Assembly (NCBI GenBank): GCA_965153285.1
Contig: OZ229111.1
Reading direction: 5' to 3' (one strand)
Source of the DNA: Podarcis tiliguerta
Taxonomy: Eukaryota
Length of the DNA stretch: 64,000 bases
Notes under the pieces: model-generated
What the model was told of the DNA's origin: nothing
What the model saw: the letters and a program-made list of their open reading frames with translations, nothing else
Databases searched by the model: none
Translations under genes and position numbers: made by a program
In this document: positions 1 through 13,200 of the stretch, one piece after another
How the letters are laid out: each line of letters starts with the position of its first letter
Numbering within the stretch: the stretch's first letter is position 1

Positions 1-146
1 TCTAGTGACTGATTTTGTGGCTTGAAGGCTGTTCCTTCTTTTTTTTTCATGCAGTGGTGTTACAAGGGTGTGTTTCCATCCCTGCAGTTCCACCCCCACC
101 CACTGGTTTCTGTCCTTAAGCTTACCACTTTCCTTTATCCCCCTAG

Positions 147-3100
147 AGTATGAAGCCTGAACTGAGCTATTTGGCCCACAACCTATGTGAGATTGACAAG
201 TACCGTGTTGAGACCTGCTGTGTGATTGGTGAGAGGCCTTGCTTGCTTGAAGAGGGATGGGAGGAAGCTGCAGGACATGATCCTCTTTCACATGAAAGGG
301 TGTTAGCAGAGTTGTTGTTTCCCAGTCCCTGGCTGCTCTCTGCTCACTTTTCACTGTGATTTTGCCATAGGGAACTACTATAGTTTGCGCTCACAGCATG
401 AAAAAGCAGCTCTCTACTTCCAGAGAGCGTTGAAGCTGAATCCTCGATACCTTGGAGCATGGACCCTCATGGGACACGAATATATGGAAATGAAAAACAC
501 ATCAGCAGCTATTCAGGCCTATAGGTGCGTGTGCAGATGCCTTCCAAAAACGAAGGCTTACTTCTGGTTCCCACCTAGGGTGGGGAGTACTTTTAACAAG
601 ATCTTTTTCCATTGTTGTTACTCTCCCAATTGATTCTGCTTGTGCCTTTCTTTTTTAACAAATGCAGACTGTTATGATCTTACCTCCATTTGTGCCGTAT
701 CCCTGTATACTCTTTCAAAGAATTCCTGTGGCTTTCTCTCTTCTAGACATGCCATAGAAGTGAATAAAAGAGACTACAGAGCATGGTACGGATTGGGGCA
801 AACATATGAGATCCTCAAGATGCCCTTTTACTGTCTCTATTACTATCGGCGGGCCCATCAGCTCAGGTAAAACTGTCCTTGTGTCTAACTCTTTTTAGTA
901 GCTGCCATTTGTATGGAGTCAGCTTGCTGTAAATGAAATAGGGATGCGCATTGCCATGGCTGCCCTGCAAATTACAAAATCTAATGTTTCAGTGCAGATT
1001 GACCAGAGGCAGGAGATCTTACATGTCATTTAAAATATAATCTGATCTTTACTTTTGCAAAAAAATAATGAGAATTTGGCACTTAATATAGCTCCCCGTA
1101 TCTCTCCATTGCTCCCAGACTCTTCCTACTCTACAGTTAAAGGAAGAGTGCATGGGACAATCCAAATTTTAAAACTCAATTTTGAAATCATAACAAGTCC
1201 CAACAGCTGGGTTTTAAGTGTTTGATTTTAGTCTCTTCTTTCGGGACGTTGACAAAAAAAAGACTGTTGTGCTACTAGATTTAAAAGTGAGGTTTTAGGT
1301 AGCTTTAGAAGTCTGAGCTTGTTCGGTCTTTTTGTGAGCCAGCTGATAGTTTCATGTTTTTCACAGGCCCAATGATTCCCGTATGCTGGTAGCTCTTGGA
1401 GAATGTTACGAGAAATTGAATCAGCTAGTGGAAGCCAAAAAGGTAGGGCGGGACATGGATTTGCATTTCAGCAGCAGCAGTGGGGATTATCCTGAACCAG
1501 ATAAAGCAAATGCTAGTGTATTTCTGCTGTGCTGTTTTGTCATAACAATTGAATTGCCTCTGTCCATTCATTGCCTCTTGAGAACGGACTGGTGAATGTA
1601 GGCTATGTAGCTGGAACATAGGTACTGGGGGAAAGTGCTAAAAATTGAGCAGTTTCCAGAATTGAGCTTTTATTCTGTTTGCACTTTTCTTCCATGTAAT
1701 AATAGCAATCAGATCTTCAGATGGCATTATTTCTTCTTCCTCTGTTCGAAAAAAAGAGGGAAATATTGTCCAAAACTTGGAGCTAGGTTTATTGGAGTTA
1801 TCACTCCTATAGTCTTGTATTATGTTACTTCTGATATGCTTCATACTATTCATTCATCTCTGCTAGGCAGGATAGTAGGCAATATCACCTCTGACTCTGG
1901 ACTAGACAGTTTTGCATTTGTTGTTTTTTTCTTGACAGTGTTATTGGAGAGCCTATGCTGTTGGAGATGTGGAAAAAATGGCACTGGTGAAACTAGCAAA
2001 GTAAGTAGTAGTTTTATATTGCTTTTCTTGGATAGATTGGCAAAACCTCCTTATCTGACCACTGCCTTTTGGACTGAAATCTTAGTCTGCAGACTTTATG
2101 ATGTGGATGTTTCCTGTCTTTCTGCATAGCTCTTAGTCCTTGCGATACCAGGAAATTATTTAGGGGAAGTACTCCAGATTATCTTTGACCTTTATGGCAG
2201 CAATATTCTGGATAACTACTAGTGGTTTTTCCATAGTTCTTGGTATCGGCATGTGCTCTTGGTGCATCACACAGTGTGCATTCATACAGGTACTGGCAAT
2301 AATTAAATGGCTACACATGAACTAAGTATAAAAAGTATTTTATAATGTATATCAAGATAAATATAAAACTAAAATTGCTACAGTATGGAAATGGGATGTT
2401 TGCCTACCTTGATGAAAATGACCCCTGGGAAATATCTGTGAGTGACAGGCGCAGAGATTAAGACATTGCTTAATGTCTTTCCCCCCATAAATGCAGCTCA
2501 CATTTGATAGGCTACCTAGGCTTACTCCAAAGCATGTCATTTGTTATTAGGATAATCCCATCAACTACATATTGAATACTTATAGTGGACAAGAGGTAGC
2601 TTCTTCTATTATAGTGGTGGTCTTATCCTTTAAGCAAGAACACACTTTTGCCTTTTTTTCTTCTTTCCCAGGCTTCATGAACAGTTGAATGAATCGGAGC
2701 AAGCTGCTCAGTGCTATATCAAATACATACAAGATATCTATTCTTGTGGGGTGAGTCAGTTCCAAATGATTTTGGGAATGAAAGAGTGAAGGATATACAG
2801 AGTGGATAAAAACAGCTGCTGTTGTTGTTTTTTAAAAAAGAAAAACATTGTATTTAAATTGGATTTTTTAAATAAAAAGTTGTAAATACTCAGTTTCTCC
2901 CAGGTTAATACTAAATCTTGATATAAGAAATGAATTTACCCTGGACCAAACCATAAATACCTTTATTCTATTCTAGGAGATAGTGGAGCACCTGGAAGTA
3001 AGCACTGCCTTCCGCTACCTGGCTCAATATTATTTCAAGTGTAAACTCTGGGATGAAGCCTCAGCCTGTGCCCAGAAATGCTGTGCATTCAATGACGTGA

Positions 3101-4337
3101 GTACCCAGCACATCATCTCTGGACTTCTTCACTGGGTCCAATTCCTGCTTCTACCCACAGTGCCACCACTGAGACCCCTCTTGGATATGGCTATAATGGT
3201 TTGAGGCCACACATGTGTTAAGTCATACTTACACAGGATTTTGAAAGAACCTAAAAGAGAGACTGAAAGCCCAACTCTTTTCTAGAACAACAATCTAAAT
3301 CCTTCAGGATTGTCAAAGAGCTCACCCATCTACCTCTAATAATAGAACCAATCAATAATACACCAGATCATGACAAGAGCTGTGTGAAAAGCAAGTAAAG
3401 AAATCTGCTAACAAGTTTTCATTCCTTGTGGAAATGGAGGTAGCTAGTTTTTGCCTGGTAAGAAATGTGTTGCTAGTTACATGGATAAAACATGAAAATG
3501 TGCAGGTCACCCAAAAACATCTTAGTGGGCTTTATATGGCCTGCAGGTTAGCTTGCCCATGAAATAGATAAAGAGAAAGCATGAACAGGAAGTAAAGTAT
3601 TTAGAATCCTGTTGATGAGTTGGTTTGGCATGGGGAATCCTTTTGGCACAGCAGGCCAGATGTTCCCCACCCCGTTGGGCCAACCTTGACAGGTGGGTGG
3701 CATCGTGATATCAGATGATTGACAGGTGGGTTGCCCTACCTCACCTGCCAAAGTTTCATTGCTCAGCACTTCCCAAATGCTTGACAGCCAGCTTTCTTAA
3801 AGGGAAACTTGGTTGTGAGGCTGACAAAGCCATGTCTCTACCTTCTCCACACCTGATGTCACATAGGACACTGGGTATGGGACAGGTGGGCATGGTTTAG
3901 AGAAAACAGATTTGCAGGCCAAATTTGGCACATGGGCCAGATGTTCCCCACCCCAGAGTTAGTGAATAGTTTGCTGGAGTAGCCACTTCAGGGAGAAATA
4001 TATCATGGGATTTGGAGTATCTAAAGGCTCGCTAGATCTGACATTGAACCACAAGTCTGATTGCAATTCAGAATGGCTGATCTTTGCACAGGAACACCCA
4101 TGTGCCCCCTTTCTAGTTATTGCACTGTGTTTGCTCTTTGCTCATGCAACTTCATTTCTCTTCCAGACAAGAGAAGAAGGGAAGGCCCTCTTGCGGCAAA
4201 TCTTACAGTTACGAAATCAAGGGGAGACCTCGTCCACAGAGATTGCCACACCTTTCTTGCTTCCTTCTTCACTATCTGCCAATAACACTCCAACACGCCG
4301 TGTGTCACCCCTGAACTTGTCCAATATTACACCTTAA
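147..4337 (+). CDS. CDC23: Cell division cycle 23 (APC8, TPR subunit of APC/C), 3' part, last 8 coding exons
   Basis: GT-AG exons 147-228, 371-524, 747-866, 1367-1442, 1939-2000, 2672-2750, 2977-3096 and 4167-4337 join in frame (864 nt). They encode [71 protein letters not shown]...[18 protein letters not shown]...[16 protein letters not shown], near-identical to vertebrate CDC23. The 5' exons are outside the window. Confidence 0.97.
3625..3957. mobile_element. Degenerate hAT-like non-autonomous DNA transposon
   Basis: Ends GGCATGGGGAATC ... GTTCCCCACCCCAG resemble hAT MITE terminal inverted repeats. GGCCAGATGTTCCCCACCCC occurs twice. Confidence 0.45.
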
Positions 4338-7275
4338 AGTGTGCCTGCCCCTCTGGGCTGATGTGAACTGCAAATGTAATCCAGCTGGAGCCTGGGTTTT
4401 CCTTCCAATACTGCCTCTCTAAGGAGAGTTCTGTATCCAGTGATGCCTTCCTAGAAGGGCTGATAACTCATTGTTGAAGATCGTTACATTGCGGGCATCA
4501 AAGGCTGGCGGCACCATATTTCGTAGTGAGTGACTGAATCCATTCTACTCCTGTTATGCCTCTCCTTTCCAGCATGACATCTTGGTGTAAGAAGCGATTC
4601 CAAAGTCACTTTCCTCCACTGACATCAATTGGAGTTGCTTCTCTGCCTGTCATGTTCATGGCATTCCTTCGTAATGTCTTGCTGGCTACCAGTGTGTCAT
4701 CTTTTGGAGGAGAAATGGTGCTGCCTCGCTCTTATTTCATGATGGAAAGAATTGTCCTTGCAGCAGTTGGTCCCTTTTCCTTTTGGTTTTAGTTACTTTT
4801 CAAGCAAAATCGCTGTATTAGATTCACTAGCTAGTAAAAGGAGCAAGTGGAGAGAACAAAGGGACTGCCGTTTGTCTAGCACAAATGTAGAGACATGGGT
4901 GAAAAATGTAGTAATTCATATCCCATCATTTCCCTTACTAATGCAGCAGCTGATGCTGTTGTGTAGCCTGGTAACAATGAAGTGGTGGGACTTCTATGTG
5001 TTCTATGTCAGTGTTGACATAGCTTATCCATATATATGGGCTCTAGAAGTATCCACCACTATTTGAGTGGCAAAACTCATCCACACATTTTTGTTGCCCA
5101 GGAACACACGTTCAGTAGAAAAAAACCTATTGCTTAGTTCTTTGAACTAGAAGCTGGGGTGTTGTAAACTAGTATCCTAGCAGGGATGCAGTTTTGTTGA
5201 ATATGATCCTATGACATAAAATAATGGTTGTGATCTATCCTCAATGTGACTTAGCAGAAAAAACTAAGTGGTAAAGAATAACAATGGTGTGATTTTCTTC
5301 AGCTGACATGAGAATTCAGGTATCCAAACTTGGCTTGTCTACAGTTGAGCAGGTAATGGTATCAAGCAAGCTTGAATTCTGCTTCCACTATTAAATTGTT
5401 TTTACTACACATTCTTGTCATTTATGTTAGTAAAATACAGAACTTTGACTTCTGTTGTACTGCACAGATGTTGGACTCACATTTTGTTAATTTTTATCTT
5501 ATCTAGAGATCCTTGCAGGCAGGGTTTCATACAGAGCCCTCATTTTATCATCACAATTGGTGGTGGTGGTGGGTAGGCTAAGAGAGACTGATTCATAGTC
5601 AGTGAGCTACAAACTTGGGCCCAGATCTGTCCTGTCAAATTCAAACATTCAATGCCACCCTGCCATTGGGCAGTGTCACAGCTGATTTTAGATGCCGTGA
5701 AAGGACTGTAAATAAAAATTTTATTTTTAATGTATTTTTACTCCCGGGCAAAAGCAGTTGTGGGATTTTCTATCTTGTGTGCCAAATTACCTTGGCTTAG
5801 GCAGCAAAATGTCTTGGTTCAGCTCTGCCAGCACTGTACTAACTTAGCTTATATCCTAGATAGCCTTGCTTAGCACTGAAAACCAATGATATTGGAGGCT
5901 AACATTTTTCACGTTAATGCAGTTATTAATCCACTGCATTCCAATCCATACACCATACTTGCAATATATGCAAAACAAAACCCAGGCACCATGTAAATAA
6001 GGATTCTGCCTATTTAGGGTATTGTAGGTTGTCAAAATTGTATAGAGGTTTGGTGTAAATCATATATAATTTTAATTATTGACCCTCCAGAACCACACCC
6101 GCTGTGCCACTGCCTAAGTAACAGTTAAGTCTCTAGGGTAATTTCCTGGCGAGTGGCTTTTAGAAAATGTAGTACACATAATTTGCTCTACTGTGTATGT
6201 TATCAGTATCTAATAGTATATGCCTTGGTTTCAGCTTTGTAGAAAACTAAATATAGGACAATTACAATACTGTACCACCTCTAAGGATCAGTTTAAACTG
6301 GGTATTTTTAGAGTAGACACCTTGCCCTGGTGTCAGTATGTGATGCCTGCAACAAGTTTCTCTCCACCGCTGTAGAATTATAGCCATGATTTAAAACTAC
6401 AACCTTAAGAGATGGGAGTCCTTTCTATTTGTGCCCTCAGTCAAGAACCGGAATCAGCAGGCCAGACTTGGAACTTTGTCAGGATTTATGCCCATAGATG
6501 TAGTTATTATCTGTCTTGTTGGTTTGGAATAGTTTGCACTGCTCATAATTGTCTTAAGGCTGGGAATCCAATTTAGCATCAGTTAAGTACTTTTATTTAT
6601 ACTAAGAGTAGCACTAATGGAAAATATAGTCTGTTCTTCTACCCACTCCCAAGGACCTAGATTCCCTTTGTCCAGAAATGCACAACTGAGTAGGATACAT
6701 AGCCTGTTCCATTAAAATCTTTGAATTTTGAATACTTTCTGCATTAGGGATCATGTGTAGATTAACCATTGAAGTCTCATGCCTGGGCTACCAGAGGGAC
6801 ACAAAAATCAGCCTCGTGCATAGCTGTCAACGTTTCCCTTATTCCGAATAGGATTCCTTGCAAGAAAAGGGAAAAGTTAACAGCTATGGCCTCGTGGTTG
6901 TGGAGCCTAGTCCACCAGGCAAATAGAAGAAACTTAAAAACAAATGCCAGAAAGGTTTCCCTTATTAGAGCTTGTTCACATAAACATGAGGTTTTAGAAG
7001 ACACAAGGTACATTTATTATACAATTAACATAGATAATAAACATTTCACATGCATAACATAAGCTATTGGAGGTGATAAACATAAGGAATATGAATCCAG
7101 GTTCCATATACACTGGAGTAGCAGCTGGCCTGAAACCGAGGGCATGCATAGTAAGTAACCATCTTTGGGAAGCCAAAGATTTAGTTAGCTCAGGCCTCAA
7201 CACATTAATGTGAAGAAAAATATTAAAGTTATCAACCGGTTGCTTGTTCCCAGGTACACTACAACCCCCCAAAAG

Positions 7276-10200
7276 TCAGTGTTTTTTGCCAAAGGGCGTG
7301 GATTTAAATGTTGGAGAGCCACGGGCACGCAGGATACTACTATAGGGGGTCTCTATTGCTACAGCAGGCATGGCTGTTGTGCAAGTCAGGAAATTGTGCA
7401 AGAAAGGCTTCTTGAAGGGAGGTTGACTTCTGGGCTGCACATTTTCATTGTTGGTACAAAACCGTTTCTTGCTGCAAGAGGTCGGTGCTGCTTGGAGCTT
7501 CTGCACGGTGTGAAATTGCTCTGCAATACAGGCTGCTTTCTTCCTCAAATCCATCTTCACTAGCATCATGTTGTTCTGCAGCTCGGCCAAAGTCTGGTCC
7601 TGGAAGAGCCAGGGGAGAAATTCAGTTTTATGAAGATGGAGCCTCCCCTCTTGTCAGACAGGTGCCAATCATTTCAGCCAATTACCCTGAATGTGAAGAC
7701 TTCTGAAAATGCTTATGGACTCAGAAACATTAGAGATGAAGATGACAGGTGCCTGGACCTTAACAAGGGCCCTCTGGGACTGCTTCAGCCAGCCACCAAA
7801 TCCTGTGGACTGGTCTATGACAACTGAGGGAGGAGGAGTTGATTCTATGGTCACTACTGTTGTGTAATGCAGTGTGGTGGTGAGCACAAACTACTCCAGA
7901 AAATGGTTTAATGTTTTTTAAAAACTGGCACAATGTTTTTATATGGTATTTCCCCCACCTCTCCCCAGCCAGTGGCATCTGTCTCCATGGACCAAAACAT
8001 AAACATCAGATCTGGCACTTTCAAGCACAATCTTGGTACAAATAAATAATAGTAGTAGTAATAACAACAACAACAATGTATTTAATTTATACACCACACT
8101 CCATCTGAAGATCTCAGAGCAGTTTACAAGATAAAAATGGATCAAGGCACAGAACCTTAAGGACACTAAGGATTTATCTATCTATTTCATAGGCTTTCCA
8201 CCATCAAATCAAAGGTCACCTTGGATATACGTGTGTGTGTGTTGTGCTGCTGGATCTGAAATTTTTATGGTTCAGTCTATAGGCACCAATGTAAACTAAA
8301 ATGGACAAAACTAAATCTTGAGCATGCATGCCCCCTGTAAGCTGCTGAAATTTGGGAGACCCCTTCACCTACCTGCTTCGCCAGGATGTTGTCACACTTT
8401 GAGAGAGCTTCACGGAGTTTCCCGGCTCCTGTGCTGTGGCAACATGCTCTTTCGGCTGACTGGAGGGACTCCCCAAGTTTCTGCAGTTCAGATCTCAGCA
8501 TCCTTACATTCTGAGAGAGGGAAGGACATTTAAGCACAAGGTAGCATCCAGCCTCTTAAGGAAGACTGGACTACATACAGTGGCAAGTTGGGGTTGGGGA
8601 GAACAAGAAGTTATGCACCCATTGGCAGCAGATGAAGGTTTCAGTGCCATTCAGGCCAGGGTAAAGGAAGGAGGTTGGCAGATGCCAGGAAAGGAAGGTC
8701 TGGCAGTTACCTTTTGGCCTTCTTCCAGCTTCCGGTCTACATTTGTTGTAATGGGCTTTGAGGAAAGTGGAGGCTCCAGCATCTTCTGGTGTTTACGCAA
8801 CTCTAAGGACAAACCACAGATCATTGCAATTTAGCCCAACCGTTAAAATTATTTTTGCCAGTCCTCAACACAAGAGCTGAATTCTTAAATGTGAACATAC
8901 TCCCCAAGAACTGCCAGGCTACCCAGGCCTTTCCCCACACTCTTCAGTTTAAGGAGCAATGTTTCAAGCCAGATTTGAACCCCGACAGTGCCATTTTTAG
9001 AGAAGTTGTGCATCGCTTTAATCCCCTTCCTTCTGCTACAGAGCCATGTCCTATAGCAAGAATGCAGTTTGGAAGTCTGACCAGGCCAGAGGAGAGCAAA
9101 ATGGGAAATGGTGAAGATTTAGAAAATATACTGCTAGACTAGGGGCACTAAACATAGGAATGAACTACAGTGGTACCTCAGGTTAAGTATTTAATTCGTT
9201 CCGGAGGTACATACTTAACTTGAAACTGTTCTTAACCTGAAGCACCACTTTAGCCAATGGGGCCTCCCGCTGCCGCTGCGCCACCAGAGCACAATTTCTG
9301 TTCTCATCCTGAAGCAAAGTTCTTAACCTGAAGCACTATTTCTGGGTTAGCGGAGCCTGTAACCTGAAGCGTATGTAACCTGAGGTACTACTGTATATTT
9401 TCCAGGTTTGTCTCTGCATTACCGTAATTTTCGCTCCATAACACGCAGTTTTTTCCTCCTAGAAAGTAAGGGGAAATGTCTGTGCGTGTTATGGAGCGAA
9501 TGCCTACGGATGGCGGGGGAATCTGCTGCAGTCGTGAGCAGTCCGTGGCTTGCTTTGAAACAGCAAAGAGGGTGTAAGAGGCTCTTGTCAGCGAGCCCAG
9601 CCAGGGAGGAGGGAAAGAAGCAGAGCGGGAGAGGAGAGGAGCCGCTTACACGAGTGCTGCTTGTTTTAAAGGAGCAAAGCGGGAGAGGAGAGGAGCCTCT
9701 CCTGCATTATTAGCAGCATCCTTCTCCACACCCCCCACGCGTGTTCCTTCTCCCCTTAAACTCCTCTCCTGCATTACTAGCAGCATCCTTCTCTACACAC
9801 CCCACACATGCTCCTTGTTCCCTTGAGTGCTTTTCCTTCCCTCCCCACTTAAAACGTGGTTACAAAGCACAGATCCACATGGATCCTCAGGATTTTTGCA
9901 CTGGGTCACCCCAAATTCACCATCAGATCAGATAGCATGTCCATGGCTACAGCCTGCACCAAAAAATACACATGCACCCACTGTTTCATGGGGCCGCAAT
10001 GGCGCAAAAACGTGGTTACAAAGCATGGATCCACATGGATCCTCAGGATTTTTGCATTGGGCTACCCCAAACTCACCGTCAGATCACATGTCTGTGGCCA
10101 CAGCATGAACCACAAAAATCATACATCCACTGTTTCGTTTAGAATATTTTTTTCTTGTTTTCCTCCTCTAAAAACTACGTGCGTGTTATGGTCGGGTGCG

Positions 10201-13200
10201 TGTTATAGAGCGAAAAATACGGTATGTCTCTAGCCCTCATGCTTGTGGGGCAGGGGGAGCATTTGAAGGATGACGACAGGGTGGGATCCTAATAGTCAAG
10301 GGGACTTTATCCCCCTTCTTTGCCTTTCACCACCCCAGACCTTGCTATTTCAGGGCTACGAGTATTTCAATTGTCTTGCAAAGCAACATGCTCAAAGAAA
10401 TTTATAATTTGACCAAAGTGCATAATTTTGGTAGGGCATTTAAAATATTAAACAAAAATGGCCTTAAATCAATTATTTGGATTCTCCCCCCCCCTCTAAT
10501 TTTGACCTCTGTCAGGTGGGAACCTGCCATATTAAAAAAAGTATTTAATATTAAGTCTCCATTGCTTGTACTTCTTGCAATGTGCAACCATTTACAGAGA
10601 TAAAGATGGGGAATGGGATTTGCATGCAAAGCTTTTCGGGTTCCCTCCCAGGTACCTCCACTTTAAAAGCCATATATCGGTGGATGGGAAAGACAAAACT
10701 GGTCCCATGGCCTGACCTGTTATAATACAGCTTCTTAAAATGAGACCTGCTCTCAAGGAGGAGCAGGGGTCCCACACTAATAACAGGCAGATATCCTAGG
10801 TGTGCTTTAACACTTCATGGCCGCTCACTCACAGAAGCCAAGGTTCCCAAATGCTAGGTCAGCTTGCAGTTCACTAGACTGATGCTGCGCAGCCTGATCT
10901 CTTGACAACCACCTGCTTGGCGCCCATGCGACTACAAGGGGGAGAACGCCTCACCTTCTGTAGTTCTTTGCAGCTCTGCTTGACACTGCTCTAACTTGGC
11001 TTTCGCCTGCAGCAATTCCTGATTCTGGGCAGGCGTTGCTGCTGCCAGTCGTTTGGATTTGCGAGGAGTCTGCTCCGGATCTGCCTCCTTTCTCTCCTGG
11101 AGCTGCTGTTGCCGTTTTGCTTCTTGCAAGGCATCCTGCAGCTCTTTTATCTTTTCATCCTGACTCTGAGGGAGACAAACAAGACAATTTCCAGGAAAGG
11201 CTCTGTTTGGGAAGATGCAGCCTGCCAACTTGAGATGAGAATGAACAGCAGCAGCAGCAGAAGATAAGCTGATCAAACTTCCCCAGAATCTCCTATAGTA
11301 GGAATGGGGAACCGGCAACTACTCTCCGGTTGTTACTGGACCACAGCTTCCATCACCCCTGGAGAATTGGAGCCCAACAACATCTGGAAGGGCCATGGGT
11401 TGCCATCCCTGTCCTGCAAGGTTGTGAGAGTCTCATTTGGGCAGACTCTCATGCACCCAGAAATCCATGGCAGAGCCAAGTTTCAGTGCCAAGTGTGCAA
11501 AGGATTCCACGAATGCGCCTGCATACAGAACCTATCAAATCACATTTGTAGTTCACTCCTCCAAGGGTTTTAGGTGGCAACACACACAAACCTCTTGCAT
11601 TTTTATTTATAAGCCTTCAGTAGGCTGTTTGGGAGATAGCTAGTCTCTTCGCAGATCAGATCTGTTCCACACACACATGGAAAAGCATTTTTCTCCCCAC
11701 CCCCCTGCCCCGCATTCTCCAGTTATATGAAAACGTTCCTGAACTGTGCACAGGTCACTCCTGCTTGCCCAAACTTGCTTCTGTGTGGACTAAAATCACC
11801 ATGTCATAAGCTAGGGTTTCCGACCATGGAACCCTCAGACACCCTCACTGAACCCCCCAAACACCCTCTGCTCTTCCTGAATTGCTTCAATTGTCCTTTT
11901 AAAAGGCTTTCTTTGTGGGGGTTGCCTTATTTTGGGGTGTATGGCATGCTTTTGCCTGTCTTCGTTTTGGGGAGCGTGGTGTGGGTGTTTTGGGGGTTCT
12001 GAGAACTGGCAGGTGTGCTTTTTTCTTTATGTAAAATGGCTTTTGATTAGTGCCCATGACAGTTTCTGAGATTTCCAAATGTTCCCCTGGTTCCAAAAAT
12101 GTTGGGGTGTCCCTGGCATAAGCTTTCATGGACTTAGAGCGCACATTTGACGACACGTATGCCGTTATAAATTTGTTAAATCTTTTAAAAGATGTCATGA
12201 GGCCCTGCAGTTTTGCAGATGCCAATAAAACTGGGTGCCTTGCTTCAGGTCAGTGCTAAGGTTTGGAACTGCAATGTCCTGCCCTCAGGAAACCCTCCAG
12301 CACCTCCTTCCCACAGCTCTTTCACCCCACGCACCTCAATCTTCTCCTGATAGTAGTCCGTAAGTGACTCCTTCAGACTGTTCAGTTTCTCCTCATAAAC
12401 GTCCTCCAGCATCTCCTTTTGGATGTCCACATGCTCACTGCAGAGAGGAAGGTGAAAGTGGGTGGGCAGGGAAAGTGTCATATCAAGAACAGACAAGATG
12501 TGGGATGGACCGCCAAGGCCCAATCCTAGAAAGGAGGAGACGTGCCTCCACAGCCCTCTGCCACCAACAGTACCTGGTCCACTGTTCCTTCTTCTGTAGG
12601 AGATCCATCATTTCATTGCAGATCTCATCGCGGAGACGCATTTCCAGCTGAAACTTCTCCTGCCGCTCTTTCAGCAGAAGGTCTCGCACAGCTTCAACCA
12701 CACGCAACAGGTCCTGAAGGAAGAGAGGAAAGGAACATGACAACTGGGGTGGATCTACACACAGGAATAAAACGCTGTAAGTCATAAATTCAATCATTTA
12801 ACAATTTTTTAAAAAAAAACCTGTATGTAAAATCGCACAGAAAAGTTTTGTGCACTCCAGCGCCATCTAGTGTTGCATGTTTATAACGCATTTAAAATGC
12901 AGGTTTTTGACTAATGTAGCTGAGTCCCAGGTTTTCCAGAACAGCCAAGTTGAGGAATTGCCCCAGACATCCAAGCATTACTACAGCTACTCAATTTTTA
13001 ATGGGCAAGTAAGTATCCAAAGGAGGTTTTGGAGCCTAGCGGTAACTGGCTATCATTGCATCAGACAGCTTTGCATTTTTTCCTGCGTGAGGGCACAGAA
13101 TTTTTGAACCTCAGTTGACACTTCACGGTCTATTCTTGGCTGGGTCCATAAGAGGTTTTCTGACTGCTCCAGTCTTCCAAAGGACCCTGCCAATGGGAGA

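Noticed and set aside
9700-10090. Interspaced direct repeats superficially like an array
   Set aside because: Only pairs of repeats inside a TA-flanked MITE in eukaryotic DNA; not a CRISPR.
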